A DNA stretch of 40,254 nucleotides from a virus (Duplodnaviria; Caudoviricetes). How positions within the stretch are numbered: the first letter of the stretch is position 1; every line of letters begins with the position of its first letter. The stretch covers positions 1 to 40,254 of IMG/VR virus record IMGVR_UViG_3300023261_000004; one strand, given 5' to 3'. The position numbers and the translations under genes are program-made. This document shows, in pieces, positions 1-7,819 of the stretch. The notes beneath the pieces are model-generated. The model was not told the DNA's origin, made no database searches, and saw nothing but the letters and a program-made list of their open reading frames with translations.

Positions 1-3000
1 ATCCGTTCCTGCGGTTCCAGACTGTCCCAGAGGCCCTGCACGTATTCACTGAACGCCGGCCCTAACTGCGCGTTCTGGATCTGCATCCGCCACAGCGCCT
101 GGGACCGGTGGTAGTCGATCTGGCCAGTCTCCCTATCGAACACCACCTCCATGACCGGGGGCGCGGGCCGTATCCCCTGCCGCTCCAGAAACTCCAGATG
201 CACCGAGCTCAGTTCATACAGGACCCCGATCCCCTGCTCTTCCAACGCCTCCAGTTCTTGGTCATCGTCGATCGCTTCGTCCGCGATCGCTTTCCATTTC
301 TTGACCAGCGGCCCCAGCACCCGCTTCATCGCCTTACGACTGAGCTTGCGCACGATCTCCGGGTAGCGCGGGCTGTAGATGTCCGCACCAAACACCTTCG
401 CGCCCTTCGACGGGTCGGCCAGTTCCCGGTCCCCCAGCAGCGTGATGTTGCCGAACCCCTCCAGCGCCTGCGCCACGCCGGTAATAGCCAGCGAGGGCAC
501 GGCGAAAAACCCGCCCAGCTTGCTCAGGACCTGGCGCAGTTTCCGTTCGGTGGTGTTGTGTTGCAGGATGAGCGGCGGGGGGCCCGCCGGCACGCCGGCA
601 TTGAGGCCCCAACTGGTCATGATCTCGGCAAACCGTCCCGGGCCGAGGTTGGGATACTCGCGCAGGATCGTCACCAGGCCCTCGACCATGCGGGCCGCGA
701 ACACCGCGTCGTCGGGCAGCCGAATGCCGGCTTCCTCCAACGCCTCCACGAGGCGCATCGCATCCGACGCCGCGGTCTGGTCGCTAGCGCGATACAGCCG
801 CAGGGCCGCGCGCGCCTTGCCGGTCGGCTCGAGCGGCTGCCCGAGTTCGTCTACGTCTTCGTCGGCGAAGGGGTCGACTTCTTCGGCGGCGGGATCAACG
901 CCCAGGCCTGGTCGTATTCCACCGCGTTCCGCGGCACCTTGCCCTCCAATTGCCGCGGGATCGTCGAGCGTAGCTCCGGGTCGAGCGGGAAGTCGGGCCC
1001 CTCCCCCATAGTGCAGGCTGCCAGGTAGCTCGCCTTCGTCAGGGGCCAGCCCTGCTCCAGCATCAGCCCAAGATGGTCGTCCCATCGGGCGCGTTCGTTC
1101 AATTCGCGCAAGGATCTTTCGTCGAGTGGCATCAATGTCTATTGTGCCAGACGTGAACTCCTTCCAGATCGCCTGCACGTCCGACAGCAGGACCTTCTCT
1201 GCCTGGTTTTTCACTCTTTTTTCGGCGGCCGGGAACAGCAGGCGCACCGCTTCCCAGGTCACCGACTGCACCTCGCGCGCGGTGATCGGCGGCAACCCCT
1301 GCGCACGCCGCTCGTCGGACAGTTGTTTCGCCAACCGGAAGTAGCCCTCGGCCACCACCACGTTCAGACCCATCAGCCCGTTCTCCTTGATCCCGGGCGG
1401 GGCGTCGAGCGTGTTGGCCACGAACCGGTCGGTGCCGGCCAGCGGCTGCATCACGAACGCGGCCGCGGCGTGCGTGTCGATCGTCACCACGTTGGCGTTC
1501 GACGGGTCCACCAGGTTCATGTAGAACGAGCGCACCTTGTGCTTGCCGCCGAGGCGCGCGTGGATGTTCAGGGCGCTGCCGTTGTCCAGCACCGCGATGG
1601 CATTAGCGATCTGCGGATAGGTGCCCCAGCCGACCCGCATGTCTTTCGTGCGCCCGCGCGCGTCCGGGTTCGTCTGCATCCGCTCTTGAAACCCGCCCTC
1701 GGGCGTAATGACGTGATACCAGCGCTGGTCCGCGTTCTGCTGCTCGTCCACCTCGCGCAGCATGATGGCCTTGCCGGGATAGCCGATCTCGGACCACGTC
1801 CGCCCCAGGTAGTTCGCCTCGGCGTAGGCGATCTTCTTCTCCTGCGTGGCGCGCGTGAACTCGAGGTTCTCCTTCTGTTTCTTGGTCAGCTTCTGCGTGC
1901 GCACCCGCTTGGCGAAGCTGTCGAACATCGCCTGGTCGAAGTCGGGGTTACTGAGCTCTAACTGCGCGAACAGGTCCGCCACCCGGAACGCCAGGTTCAT
2001 GTTCTTGAACCAGTCCATCTGCGGCGACAACGAGGCGATCAGGGCCGCGCCCTGGTTGATCGACAGGTTGTGCCGGTCGGCAATGCGCTGCGCGAGGTTG
2101 TGCCCGCCCTGATACCAGAGGCGGGCGCGCTCGCGGATCTCCGGTTCGAACAGGTCCCACAGCCACCGCAGGTTCTCGGTGCCGCGCTGGATGAAGTCCT
2201 CGATCACGCGCCGGTCGCTCCGGCGCTTCTCCTGCGGGGTGAGCATTTCGAACGAGCGCAGCTTGTCGGCGTAGCGCTTGATCGCTTTCGGATGCGAAGC
2301 CAGCAGCACCGGCAGCTGCGTCGTCAGCGGGTCGGTGGCCGGCTGCGCGTCCGGGCCGTCTGGCACGCGCGTCGAGATATACAGCACCCGGCCCACGAAC
2401 TTCAGCGGGGCCACGGCCAGGTTGTAGAGGTTCAGTTTGTAGGCTTTGGCCTTGGCCTTCTTCGGCTTCGGCGCCGGCTCCGCGCCGGGCTCGACGGGCT
2501 GGTCGAATTCCTCGAGTGCTTCGTCTCGCGCGATCCCGACCGCTTCGCGCGCGTCCTCGAGCAGCCCGGCCGGCAGGACCTGCTCGGCCTCGTCGCTGGC
2601 CAGCCAGTCCTCAAGCGAGCGCGCCACGTCGGTGTCGGCGCCGGTGTTCTGCGCCACGTCGCTGACGTTGCGCGTGGCCTGCGCAAACGCCTCCAGCACC
2701 CGCGTGGCGGCCTCGTCGCCGAGGCGCTCGCCGAGCTCGCGCTCCTGCTGCTCGGGGTCGAGGATCCGCCAGACAGCGTCCTCGACCGCCGCGGCCTGCG
2801 CTAGGCTGCGCTGCTGCTCCGCTGCTGCGGTTTCGGCTTCGGCCGGTGCGGTGACCGCTTCAGCGGCTTGGCCGGGTGGGATGGTGGTGTCTGGGGCGGG
2901 GCCGGGGCCAGGTGCAACTCCGGGCCCAGCAGCAACCGCCGCAGCCGCTCCCTGTCGAAGGGCATTCTGTGCCTCATCTTGGGGCACCTGACCCTCAAGC

Positions 3001-5081
3001 GTCAATGGCTGGGGTGTGCCCGCCTCGGGGGCGACTGCACTGGGTGTGCCAGTCGGGGCCGCCGCCGGGCGCGGGCGGGCCGCCGCCGCGATGCGCGGGT
3101 CGATCGTGCTGCGCACCACCAGCCCGTAGTCGGCGGCCAGGGCGCGGATGTCCTCGCCCATGTCGACCGCCGTCTGCCCGACCCCGGCCGCCCACAGTCG
3201 CGCCACCTTCACCGCGTCCCCGCGGGTGTAACGCCGGGTCAGCACCAGTTGGTCGGCAATGTCCTTGGTGACCGCCGCCAGCTGCTGCTGCGGCGTCTGC
3301 GGGGTTGGCTCCGCGCCCTCCACCGGGGCCCCGGCCTCGGCCGGCGTGTCCTCGAGGTTCTCGAGCTCGCCGATGGCCGCGCGCGCCTTGGCGAATTCGC
3401 GCGCCTCGATCCCGTTCCACTCCCGCGGGGCCACGCGCAGCATGTCCGCCAGCGCCGTGTTGTGCTCGGTCGGCGCCAGCATGGTGCCGTAGCGTTCGAT
3501 CGGGATCTGGAGGTCGACGCCAGCCTGCTTCGCTTTCTCGAGCGCGCCCGCTTCCCCGAGCACCGAGTCGGCCATGCCGTCCGGGTCAATGTCCTGCTTC
3601 TGCCAGTACTGGTCCCAGAGGTCGGTCGGGGCGTAGACGTAGGGGATGGAGCGCCCGGCCGCGCGCTTCAGAAAGGCCTGGGCGGCCTCGGGCGCGTCCT
3701 TGACCGTGTCGCTCGCCGCCGCCACGTCGCCAAACGTCGTGAAAAACTGCGTGATCGCCGGAGCGTCTTTGGCCTCGCGCACCCCGCGCACCGCCTGCGT
3801 GCCGGCCGGCAGCCCCACGACCAGCGACATGGACGTGGCCGCCTCGAGGTATTCGTTTTTGACTTCGGTGACGATCTCGGGGAGCGTGCGGTGCGTCGGC
3901 TCGTCCTCGGTGGCGGCCTTCCCGAGCTCTTCGGTGACGATGGCCACGATCCGCTGCAGCGCCTCCATCGGCGCCTCTTTCAAGAGCAGCGTCTGGGCAT
4001 ACACCTTGCCGGCGTGCGCGAGCGCGGCCCGCACCGTGCGCCGGCGCAGCACCTCCTTGATCGCCCGGCGCCCCACGGCCCCGACCATCTTCTGGCCGAC
4101 CGGGGTCTTCTTGAAGGCCTTCACGAGGATCCCGAGCTCGCCCACCTCGAGCGCCCCGTTGATCGCGCCACTGGCCAGGGCCGCGGCACGCGCGGCGTCC
4201 GGGTCGATCTTCCGGCCCTGCGCGTCTTCGAAGTCCTTGAATTCCTTCCAGGCTGCGCCGGCCTCCTGCGCGAACGTGTCCTCCCAGATCCCGACCCGGC
4301 CCGTGTAGCCGGCGGCGATCGAGCCGACCCCGCGGCCGACCATCAGCGGGTTGCCAATGGCCCCGCGCGCGAGCAAGGCGGCCCCGCCGCCGACCACGAA
4401 CCCCCCGGCGTAGCCCATCGCCGCGCGCCGGCCGCCGCTCGCCATGCCGAGGATGATGTTCGGCAGCACGCCAATGTTGCCGGTCACGGCCTTGCGCCAC
4501 CACTGGTTCCCCACGTCGAAGTCGCTGTTGACCGCCACTTCATTTTCCAGCTGGAGCATCGTCTGCTCTTCGGCGTCGGTCAGCGTGTAGCCCTGCGCCT
4601 CCCGCGCGCGCAGGATGTTCGCCTCCCGGCTGGCCATGGCCGTCCACCACGAACGGGCCGGCATAGTGGACAGCCACTCCCACATCCCCAAGCGCGGCAG
4701 TTCGCCGGGCTTGCCGCTGATGGCCGCGGCGTCCGGGTGCTCGGCCAGCCACGACGCCAGGCCGGGCGAGCCGGCCGTGATCGCGCTGTAGGGCACCAGC
4801 GCCTCGCGCGCCTGCTTCTCGAGCGCTGGCACCTGCTGGCTGTCGATCCAGGCCGGCGGCACGCCCAGCACCTTGCCAATGCCCTGCGCCTTGACGCGCG
4901 CGTCCCGGTCCTCGTCCTGCGCCTTGAGGCGCTGCGCCCGCATCCGGGCTTGCAACGGGTCGATCCAGTCGCCGCTGACGACCTCGTCGTAGGGGTTGAA
5001 CGGGCGCGGGGTCGCCGGCTTGACCGGGGTGGGCCCCGGCGGCAGGGCCTTGACCGCTTCGTCGTAGGGGTTCTGCGGCAT
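1..5081 (-). CDS. Giant internal virion (ejection) / polyvalent protein, >1690 aa, 3' end outside window; LPD22-like region (~3400-3700), DUF7178-like domain (~1080-2450), another conserved polyvalent-protein domain (~340-580)
   Basis: ATG at 5081 (MPQNPYDEAVK) overlaps the upstream TGA. Segments translated by hand are open, and its absence from the ORF track fits having no stop inside the window. Motifs: WYQGGHNLA..AALIASLSPQMDWFKN, KVRSFYMNL..VTIDTHA, AREVQSVTWEAVR, HNTTERKL..LGG..VPSLAIT..FGNITLLG..ADIYSPRYP. Third gene after the nozzle, as in podoviruses. Confidence 0.85.
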   Translation of the reverse strand, partial: MPQNPYDEAVKALPPGPTPVKPATPRPFNPYDEVVSGDWIDPLQARMRAQRLKAQDEDRDARVKAQGIGKVLGVPPAWIDSQQVPALEKQAREALVPYSAITAGSPGLASWLAEHPDAAAISGKPGELPRLGMWEWLSTMPARSWWTAMASREANILRAREAQGYTLTDAEEQTMLQLENEVAVNSDFDVGNQWWRKAVTGNIGVLPNIILGMASGGRRAAMGYAGGFVVGGGAALLARGAIGNPLMVGRGVGSIAAGYTGRVGIWEDTFAQEAGAAWKEFKDFEDAQGRKIDPDAARAAALASGAINGALEVGELGILVKAFKKTPVGQKMVGAVGRRAIKEVLRRRTVRAALAHAGKVYAQTLLLKEAPMEALQRIVAIVTEELGKAATEDEPTHRTLPEIVTEVKNEYLEAATSMSLVVGLPAGTQAVRGVREAKDAPAITQFFTTFGDVAAASDTVKDAPEAAQAFLKRAAGRSIPYVYAPTDLWDQYWQKQDIDPDGMADSVLGEAGALEKAKQAGVDLQIPIERYGTMLAPTEHNTALADMLRVAPREWNGIEAREFAKARAAIGELENLEDTPAEAGAPVEGAEPTPQTPQQQLAAVTKDIADQLVLTRRYTRGDAVKVARLWAAGVGQTAVDMGEDIRALAADYGLVVRSTIDPRIAAAARPRPAAAPTGTPSAVAPEAGTPQPLTLEGQVPQDEAQNALRQGAAAAVAAGPGVAPGPGPAPDTTIPPGQAAEAVTAPAEAETAAAEQQRSLAQAAAVEDAVWRILDPEQQERELGERLGDEAATRVLEAFAQATRNVSDVAQNTGADTDVARSLEDWLASDEAEQVLPAGLLEDAREAVGIARDEALEEFDQPVEPGAEPAPKPKKAKAKAYKLNLYNLAVAPLKFVGRVLYISTRVPDGPDAQPATDPLTTQLPVLLASHPKAIKRYADKLRSFEMLTPQEKRRSDRRVIEDFIQRGTENLRWLWDLFEPEIRERARLWYQGGHNLAQRIADRHNLSINQGAALIASLSPQMDWFKNMNLAFRVADLFAQLELSNPDFDQAMFDSFAKRVRTQKLTKKQKENLEFTRATQEKKIAYAEANYLGRTWSEIGYPGKAIMLREVDEQQNADQRWYHVITPEGGFQERMQTNPDARGRTKDMRVGWGTYPQIANAIAVLDNGSALNIHARLGGKHKVRSFYMNLVDPSNANVVTIDTHAAAAFVMQPLAGTDRFVANTLDAPPGIKENGLMGLNVVVAEGYFRLAKQLSDERRAQGLPPITAREVQSVTWEAVRLLFPAAEKRVKNQAEKVLLSDVQAIWKEFTSGTIDIDATRRKILARIERTRPMGRPSWADAGAGLAPDEGELPGSLHYGGGARLPARPGATLDDPAAIGGQGAAERGGIRPGLGVDPAAEEVDPFADEDVDELGQPLEPTGKARAALRLYRASDQTAASDAMRLVEALEEAGIRLPDDAVFAARMVEGLVTILREYPNLGPGRFAEIMTSWGLNAGVPAGPPPLILQHNTTERKLRQVLSKLGGFFAVPSLAITGVAQALEGFGNITLLGDRELADPSKGAKVFGADIYSPRYPEIVRKLSRKAMKRVLGPLVKKWKAIADEAIDDDQELEALEEQGIGVLYELSSVHLEFLERQGIRPAPPVMEVVFDRETGQIDYHRSQALWRMQIQNAQLGPAFSEYVQGLWDSLEPQER
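851..1132 (-). CDS. Small protein (93 aa) overprinted in the +1 frame inside the giant virion-protein gene; candidate immunity/antitoxin
   Basis: MPLDERSLRELNERARWDDHLGLMLEQGWPLTKASYLAAC...PLDPELRSTIPRQL. G/C-ending codons switch from the host frame to this frame across the interval, and the host frame becomes a Gly/Ala/Pro-rich linker. TGGCACAAT (extended -10-like) ends 8 nt before the ATG. Confidence 0.7.
   Translation of the reverse strand: MPLDERSLRELNERARWDDHLGLMLEQGWPLTKASYLAACTMGEGPDFPLDPELRSTIPRQLEGKVPRNAVEYDQAWALIPPPKKSTPSPTKT
2801..2965 (-). CDS. Second small overprinted ORF (54 aa, MPFDRERLRRLLLGPELHL...) inside the giant gene
   Basis: G/C-ending codons in this frame while the host frame has many A/T-ending codons; GAGG 6 nt before the ATG; TTGACG-N18-CAAGAT just upstream. 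Confidence 0.45.
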   Translation of the reverse strand: MPFDRERLRRLLLGPELHLAPAPPQTPPSHPAKPLKRSPHRPKPKPQQRSSSAA

Positions 5082-7180
5082 CAGCGCGGCCCCTGCAGGC
5101 GCGGCGTGGCGGGCGGTGGCGCCTTGGCCGGCTTGACGTAGGCTTCAGCCGCTTCGACCGTCTTGAACTTGCCCAGGTGGTTCCCGGTCTGCTTGTATTG
5201 CGCGATGGCCGCCGTGGCGCTCAACGGCCGGCCGTCCGGGGTCACGGTTGGGATCAGGACCTGCAGCCCGCCGTCTTGGTAGGTCATCGTGCGCGCTAGG
5301 TTCGCCTGCGTGACGGTGCCGGCCTCGACCGGTTTCACCGCCGACTGGGGCTTCGGCGCGGCGGGGGCCGCGGGGGCCGCCGGCGTCTGGCCTGGCAGCG
5401 CCGGCGCGCTCGGCTTGCCGCCGACCCCGTATTTGCCCAACTGGGTCCGATACGCCGAGGTCACGCGCCCGTCTGTGGCCGCGTTGCGCACCGGGTTCTG
5501 CGGGTTGTGGTGGTTGATCGACTCGACGATCTCCTGCACGTCCGCCGCCGGGATGTCTTCGAACCGGATATCCGACCCCCGCCGCACGTCCTTCGACCAG
5601 AACAGCGGGTTCGACAGCGTGTGCTGCACGAGGTTCTGCTTGATGATCTGCTCCCACTCGGGGACCGTCACCGGCTTGCCGTTGCGGCCGGGCGCGAAGG
5701 CCAGGATCCGGCCGTCCAGCCGCACCCGCGCCATGATCTCGGCCGTGCGCGGGTCGTTCGGCTTCATGTCGTTGGCGGCCAACTGCGCCTTCCACACATC
5801 GGCGAAGGTGAATTCGCCGGCGTAGATCTCGGCCAGTTTTTTGTCTTCCCCGGCCAAGGCCGCCGCGCGCCCGCGCAGCGCCTGCTCGTAGTCCTCCTTG
5901 GTCAGGTAGCCGCGGATGCCGGGCGCCTCGAGCTTGAGCGCAGCAAACGCTTTCGGGTTCGTCGACGCCATGGTGATGATCCCGGCCAGGACATCCGGGT
6001 CGCTCACCTTGGCGTAGGGCGACGGCGGCCCGCCGCTCTCCCGGCTGGCCTGGATGTTGGCGATCACCGCGTTCCAGTGCGTGGTTTCGCTGCTGCCAAA
6101 GTCCTTGCGCCAGTGCGCCGGGATCGACAGGAACGTCGGGTTCTTGCTGTTCAGCAGGATCTGCGTGATCTCGTGGTCGCGCGCCTTGATCGCCGCGTTC
6201 TCGGCCATCTGGTCGTCGGACTGTTCCTGCCGGATCAGGTCGAGCACCAACTCCCGTTTCTTGCCCGTGTATTGCTGCTTGGCCGCTTCGCGCTGCTCGC
6301 CGACCGACAGGCCTGACTTGTCCAGCGTGTCGAACGCCTCTTGCGCCTGCGCGGTCAAGTCTTCTTCGTCGACCAGCTTCTCGAGGTCGGCCAGCTTCTC
6401 GCCTTCGATGGCCCCCTGTTGTTTCGCCGCTTCGAACAGCGTGCGCGCCTTCTTGTTCTGTTTGGCCACGACCAGCGCGTTGATCGCGCCCACGTTGACG
6501 TTGCTGCCGAACACGAACTTGGCGCGGTCGGTCTTCTCCTTGCCCCAGCCCAGGAGCCGACCCTGGTCCTCGATCGCCGCCATCCCCTCGCGAATGTGCT
6601 TGGTCATCTGCAGCGGGTCCTGCACTTCCGCAATGGCCAGCGACTGCGAATTCTCGATGCGCGCCGTGTTCTCGTCCACCATCAGTTGGTGCTGCTCGCC
6701 GCTGGTGTGGCGGTAGAGCGTCAGCATGGTCGAGTCTTGGAGCTCGGCGTTGATCTCTTCCCAGGCCAGGCGCTGCTCCGGGGTGTTGATCTCGGGCTCG
6801 ATGTCCTCCCCGAACTTCTTGAGGTCCTGCTGTGCCTTCTCGGGCAGCAGCAGCGCGTTCTCGCCCTTCACGGTCAGGTAGCCGGTCTTCGGGTCGTAGA
6901 TGTTCTGGCGCTTCCACACGTCGGCGCGGTTCTTCAGGCGCATGACGGCGGTGCGGTTGGCGTCGGCGCGGGCTTGCTCGGCGGCCTCGATCCGTGCCCG
7001 TTCGAACCGGCCGGCCAGGACCCCGCCGGTGTAGCCGACCTGCTGCAGCGCTTCGCCGACGTTGCCCTGCGCCTGCGCCAGCGCGGCCCCGGCGGCCACC
7101 GGGGTCAGCACCGCCCGGCGCCGAGCGTTGGGGAGCGGCTGCGGGCCGACTTCGCGCTGGATGCGTGGCACCGTTGGCAT
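5081..7180 (-). CDS. Internal virion (ejection) protein, 699 aa
   Basis: Helical, Ala/Gln-rich, MPTVP start typical of BPP-1-like ejection proteins; C-terminal small domain QVLIPTV.PDGR..S...AIAQYKQTGNHLGKF; coupled to neighbours by TGATG overlaps. Confidence 0.75.
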   Translation of the reverse strand: MPTVPRIQREVGPQPLPNARRRAVLTPVAAGAALAQAQGNVGEALQQVGYTGGVLAGRFERARIEAAEQARADANRTAVMRLKNRADVWKRQNIYDPKTGYLTVKGENALLLPEKAQQDLKKFGEDIEPEINTPEQRLAWEEINAELQDSTMLTLYRHTSGEQHQLMVDENTARIENSQSLAIAEVQDPLQMTKHIREGMAAIEDQGRLLGWGKEKTDRAKFVFGSNVNVGAINALVVAKQNKKARTLFEAAKQQGAIEGEKLADLEKLVDEEDLTAQAQEAFDTLDKSGLSVGEQREAAKQQYTGKKRELVLDLIRQEQSDDQMAENAAIKARDHEITQILLNSKNPTFLSIPAHWRKDFGSSETTHWNAVIANIQASRESGGPPSPYAKVSDPDVLAGIITMASTNPKAFAALKLEAPGIRGYLTKEDYEQALRGRAAALAGEDKKLAEIYAGEFTFADVWKAQLAANDMKPNDPRTAEIMARVRLDGRILAFAPGRNGKPVTVPEWEQIIKQNLVQHTLSNPLFWSKDVRRGSDIRFEDIPAADVQEIVESINHHNPQNPVRNAATDGRVTSAYRTQLGKYGVGGKPSAPALPGQTPAAPAAPAAPKPQSAVKPVEAGTVTQANLARTMTYQDGGLQVLIPTVTPDGRPLSATAAIAQYKQTGNHLGKFKTVEAAEAYVKPAKAPPPATPRLQGPR

Positions 7181-7818
7181 CAGCGTGGCCCCGGAATGCG
7201 CGGCAGGGTATACATCTTCGACGTGGCGTACTGCTGACGGTTGACCAGTGGCTTACGGTCCCCCGGGTGCCCGTAGCCATAGCGCGCCATGGAGTAGTTC
7301 AGGCCGGTCGTGAGGATCCCGCCGGCGCCCTGGATCAGCGCGGCATTCGCCTGCGCGCGCCCGGCCGCCGCCAGCTGCACGCCTTCCTGCCGCGCATACA
7401 GCGCGCGCTTCCGGTTGTCGTAGGCCTCGACCTGGTAACCCCAGGCCGTGCGCGCGGCGTTGCTCGTGATCTGCAGCGCGTCCATTTCCGCCACCGCCGC
7501 GGTATCCGCCTGCACCGCCAAGGCGCTGCCGCTCGACACGTCCACGCCCTGGCCGGCGTAGCCCGCGCGCTGCGCGCCGATCACCCCTTCGATCTGTTCC
7601 TTGTAGCGGTCGGCTTCGACCGCGCCCTGCTCCTTCGCCTCCTGCGCGCTGATGTCCGCCACCGCGGCGTTGTAGTCCATCAGGTCGGCTTCGGCGTTGG
7701 CGGCGGCTTGCGCGGCTTTGCCGCCGCGGCGGGCCGCGCGCACCGACTGCGCCGTGCCGGCCGCAGTCGTCGCGGCCGAGGCAATGAGCAGCGCGGTCGT
7801 GATCGAAATGCCAGGCAT
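7180..7818 (-). CDS. Small internal virion (ejection) protein, 212 aa
   Basis: Hydrophobic N-terminus, GAQRAGYAGQGVDVSSGSALAVQADT motif typical of T7 gp14/BPP-1-like ejection proteins; directly after the nozzle. Confidence 0.8.
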   Translation of the reverse strand: MPGISITTALLIASAATTAAGTAQSVRAARRGGKAAQAAANAEADLMDYNAAVADISAQEAKEQGAVEADRYKEQIEGVIGAQRAGYAGQGVDVSSGSALAVQADTAAVAEMDALQITSNAARTAWGYQVEAYDNRKRALYARQEGVQLAAAGRAQANAALIQGAGGILTTGLNYSMARYGYGHPGDRKPLVNRQQYATSKMYTLPRIPGPR

Positions 7819-7819
7819 G

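Noticed and set aside
2432-2686. 84-aa alternative-frame ORF in the giant gene as a third nested gene
   Set aside because: Arg/Ser/Pro/Thr composition typical of frame shadows, and the host frame keeps its normal codon bias here.
108-5141. Long plus-strand ORFs (108..1028, 1323..1961, 2070..2804, 2868..5141) and similar ones elsewhere (8594..10750, 20654..22906)
   Set aside because: They are in-register antisense shadows of high-GC3 minus-strand genes, Arg/His/Gly-rich with no motifs.
5145-7280. 711-aa minus-strand ORF overlapping the 699-aa ejection protein
   Set aside because: Arg/Gly/Ala-rich off-frame shadow; codon bias favours 5081..7180.
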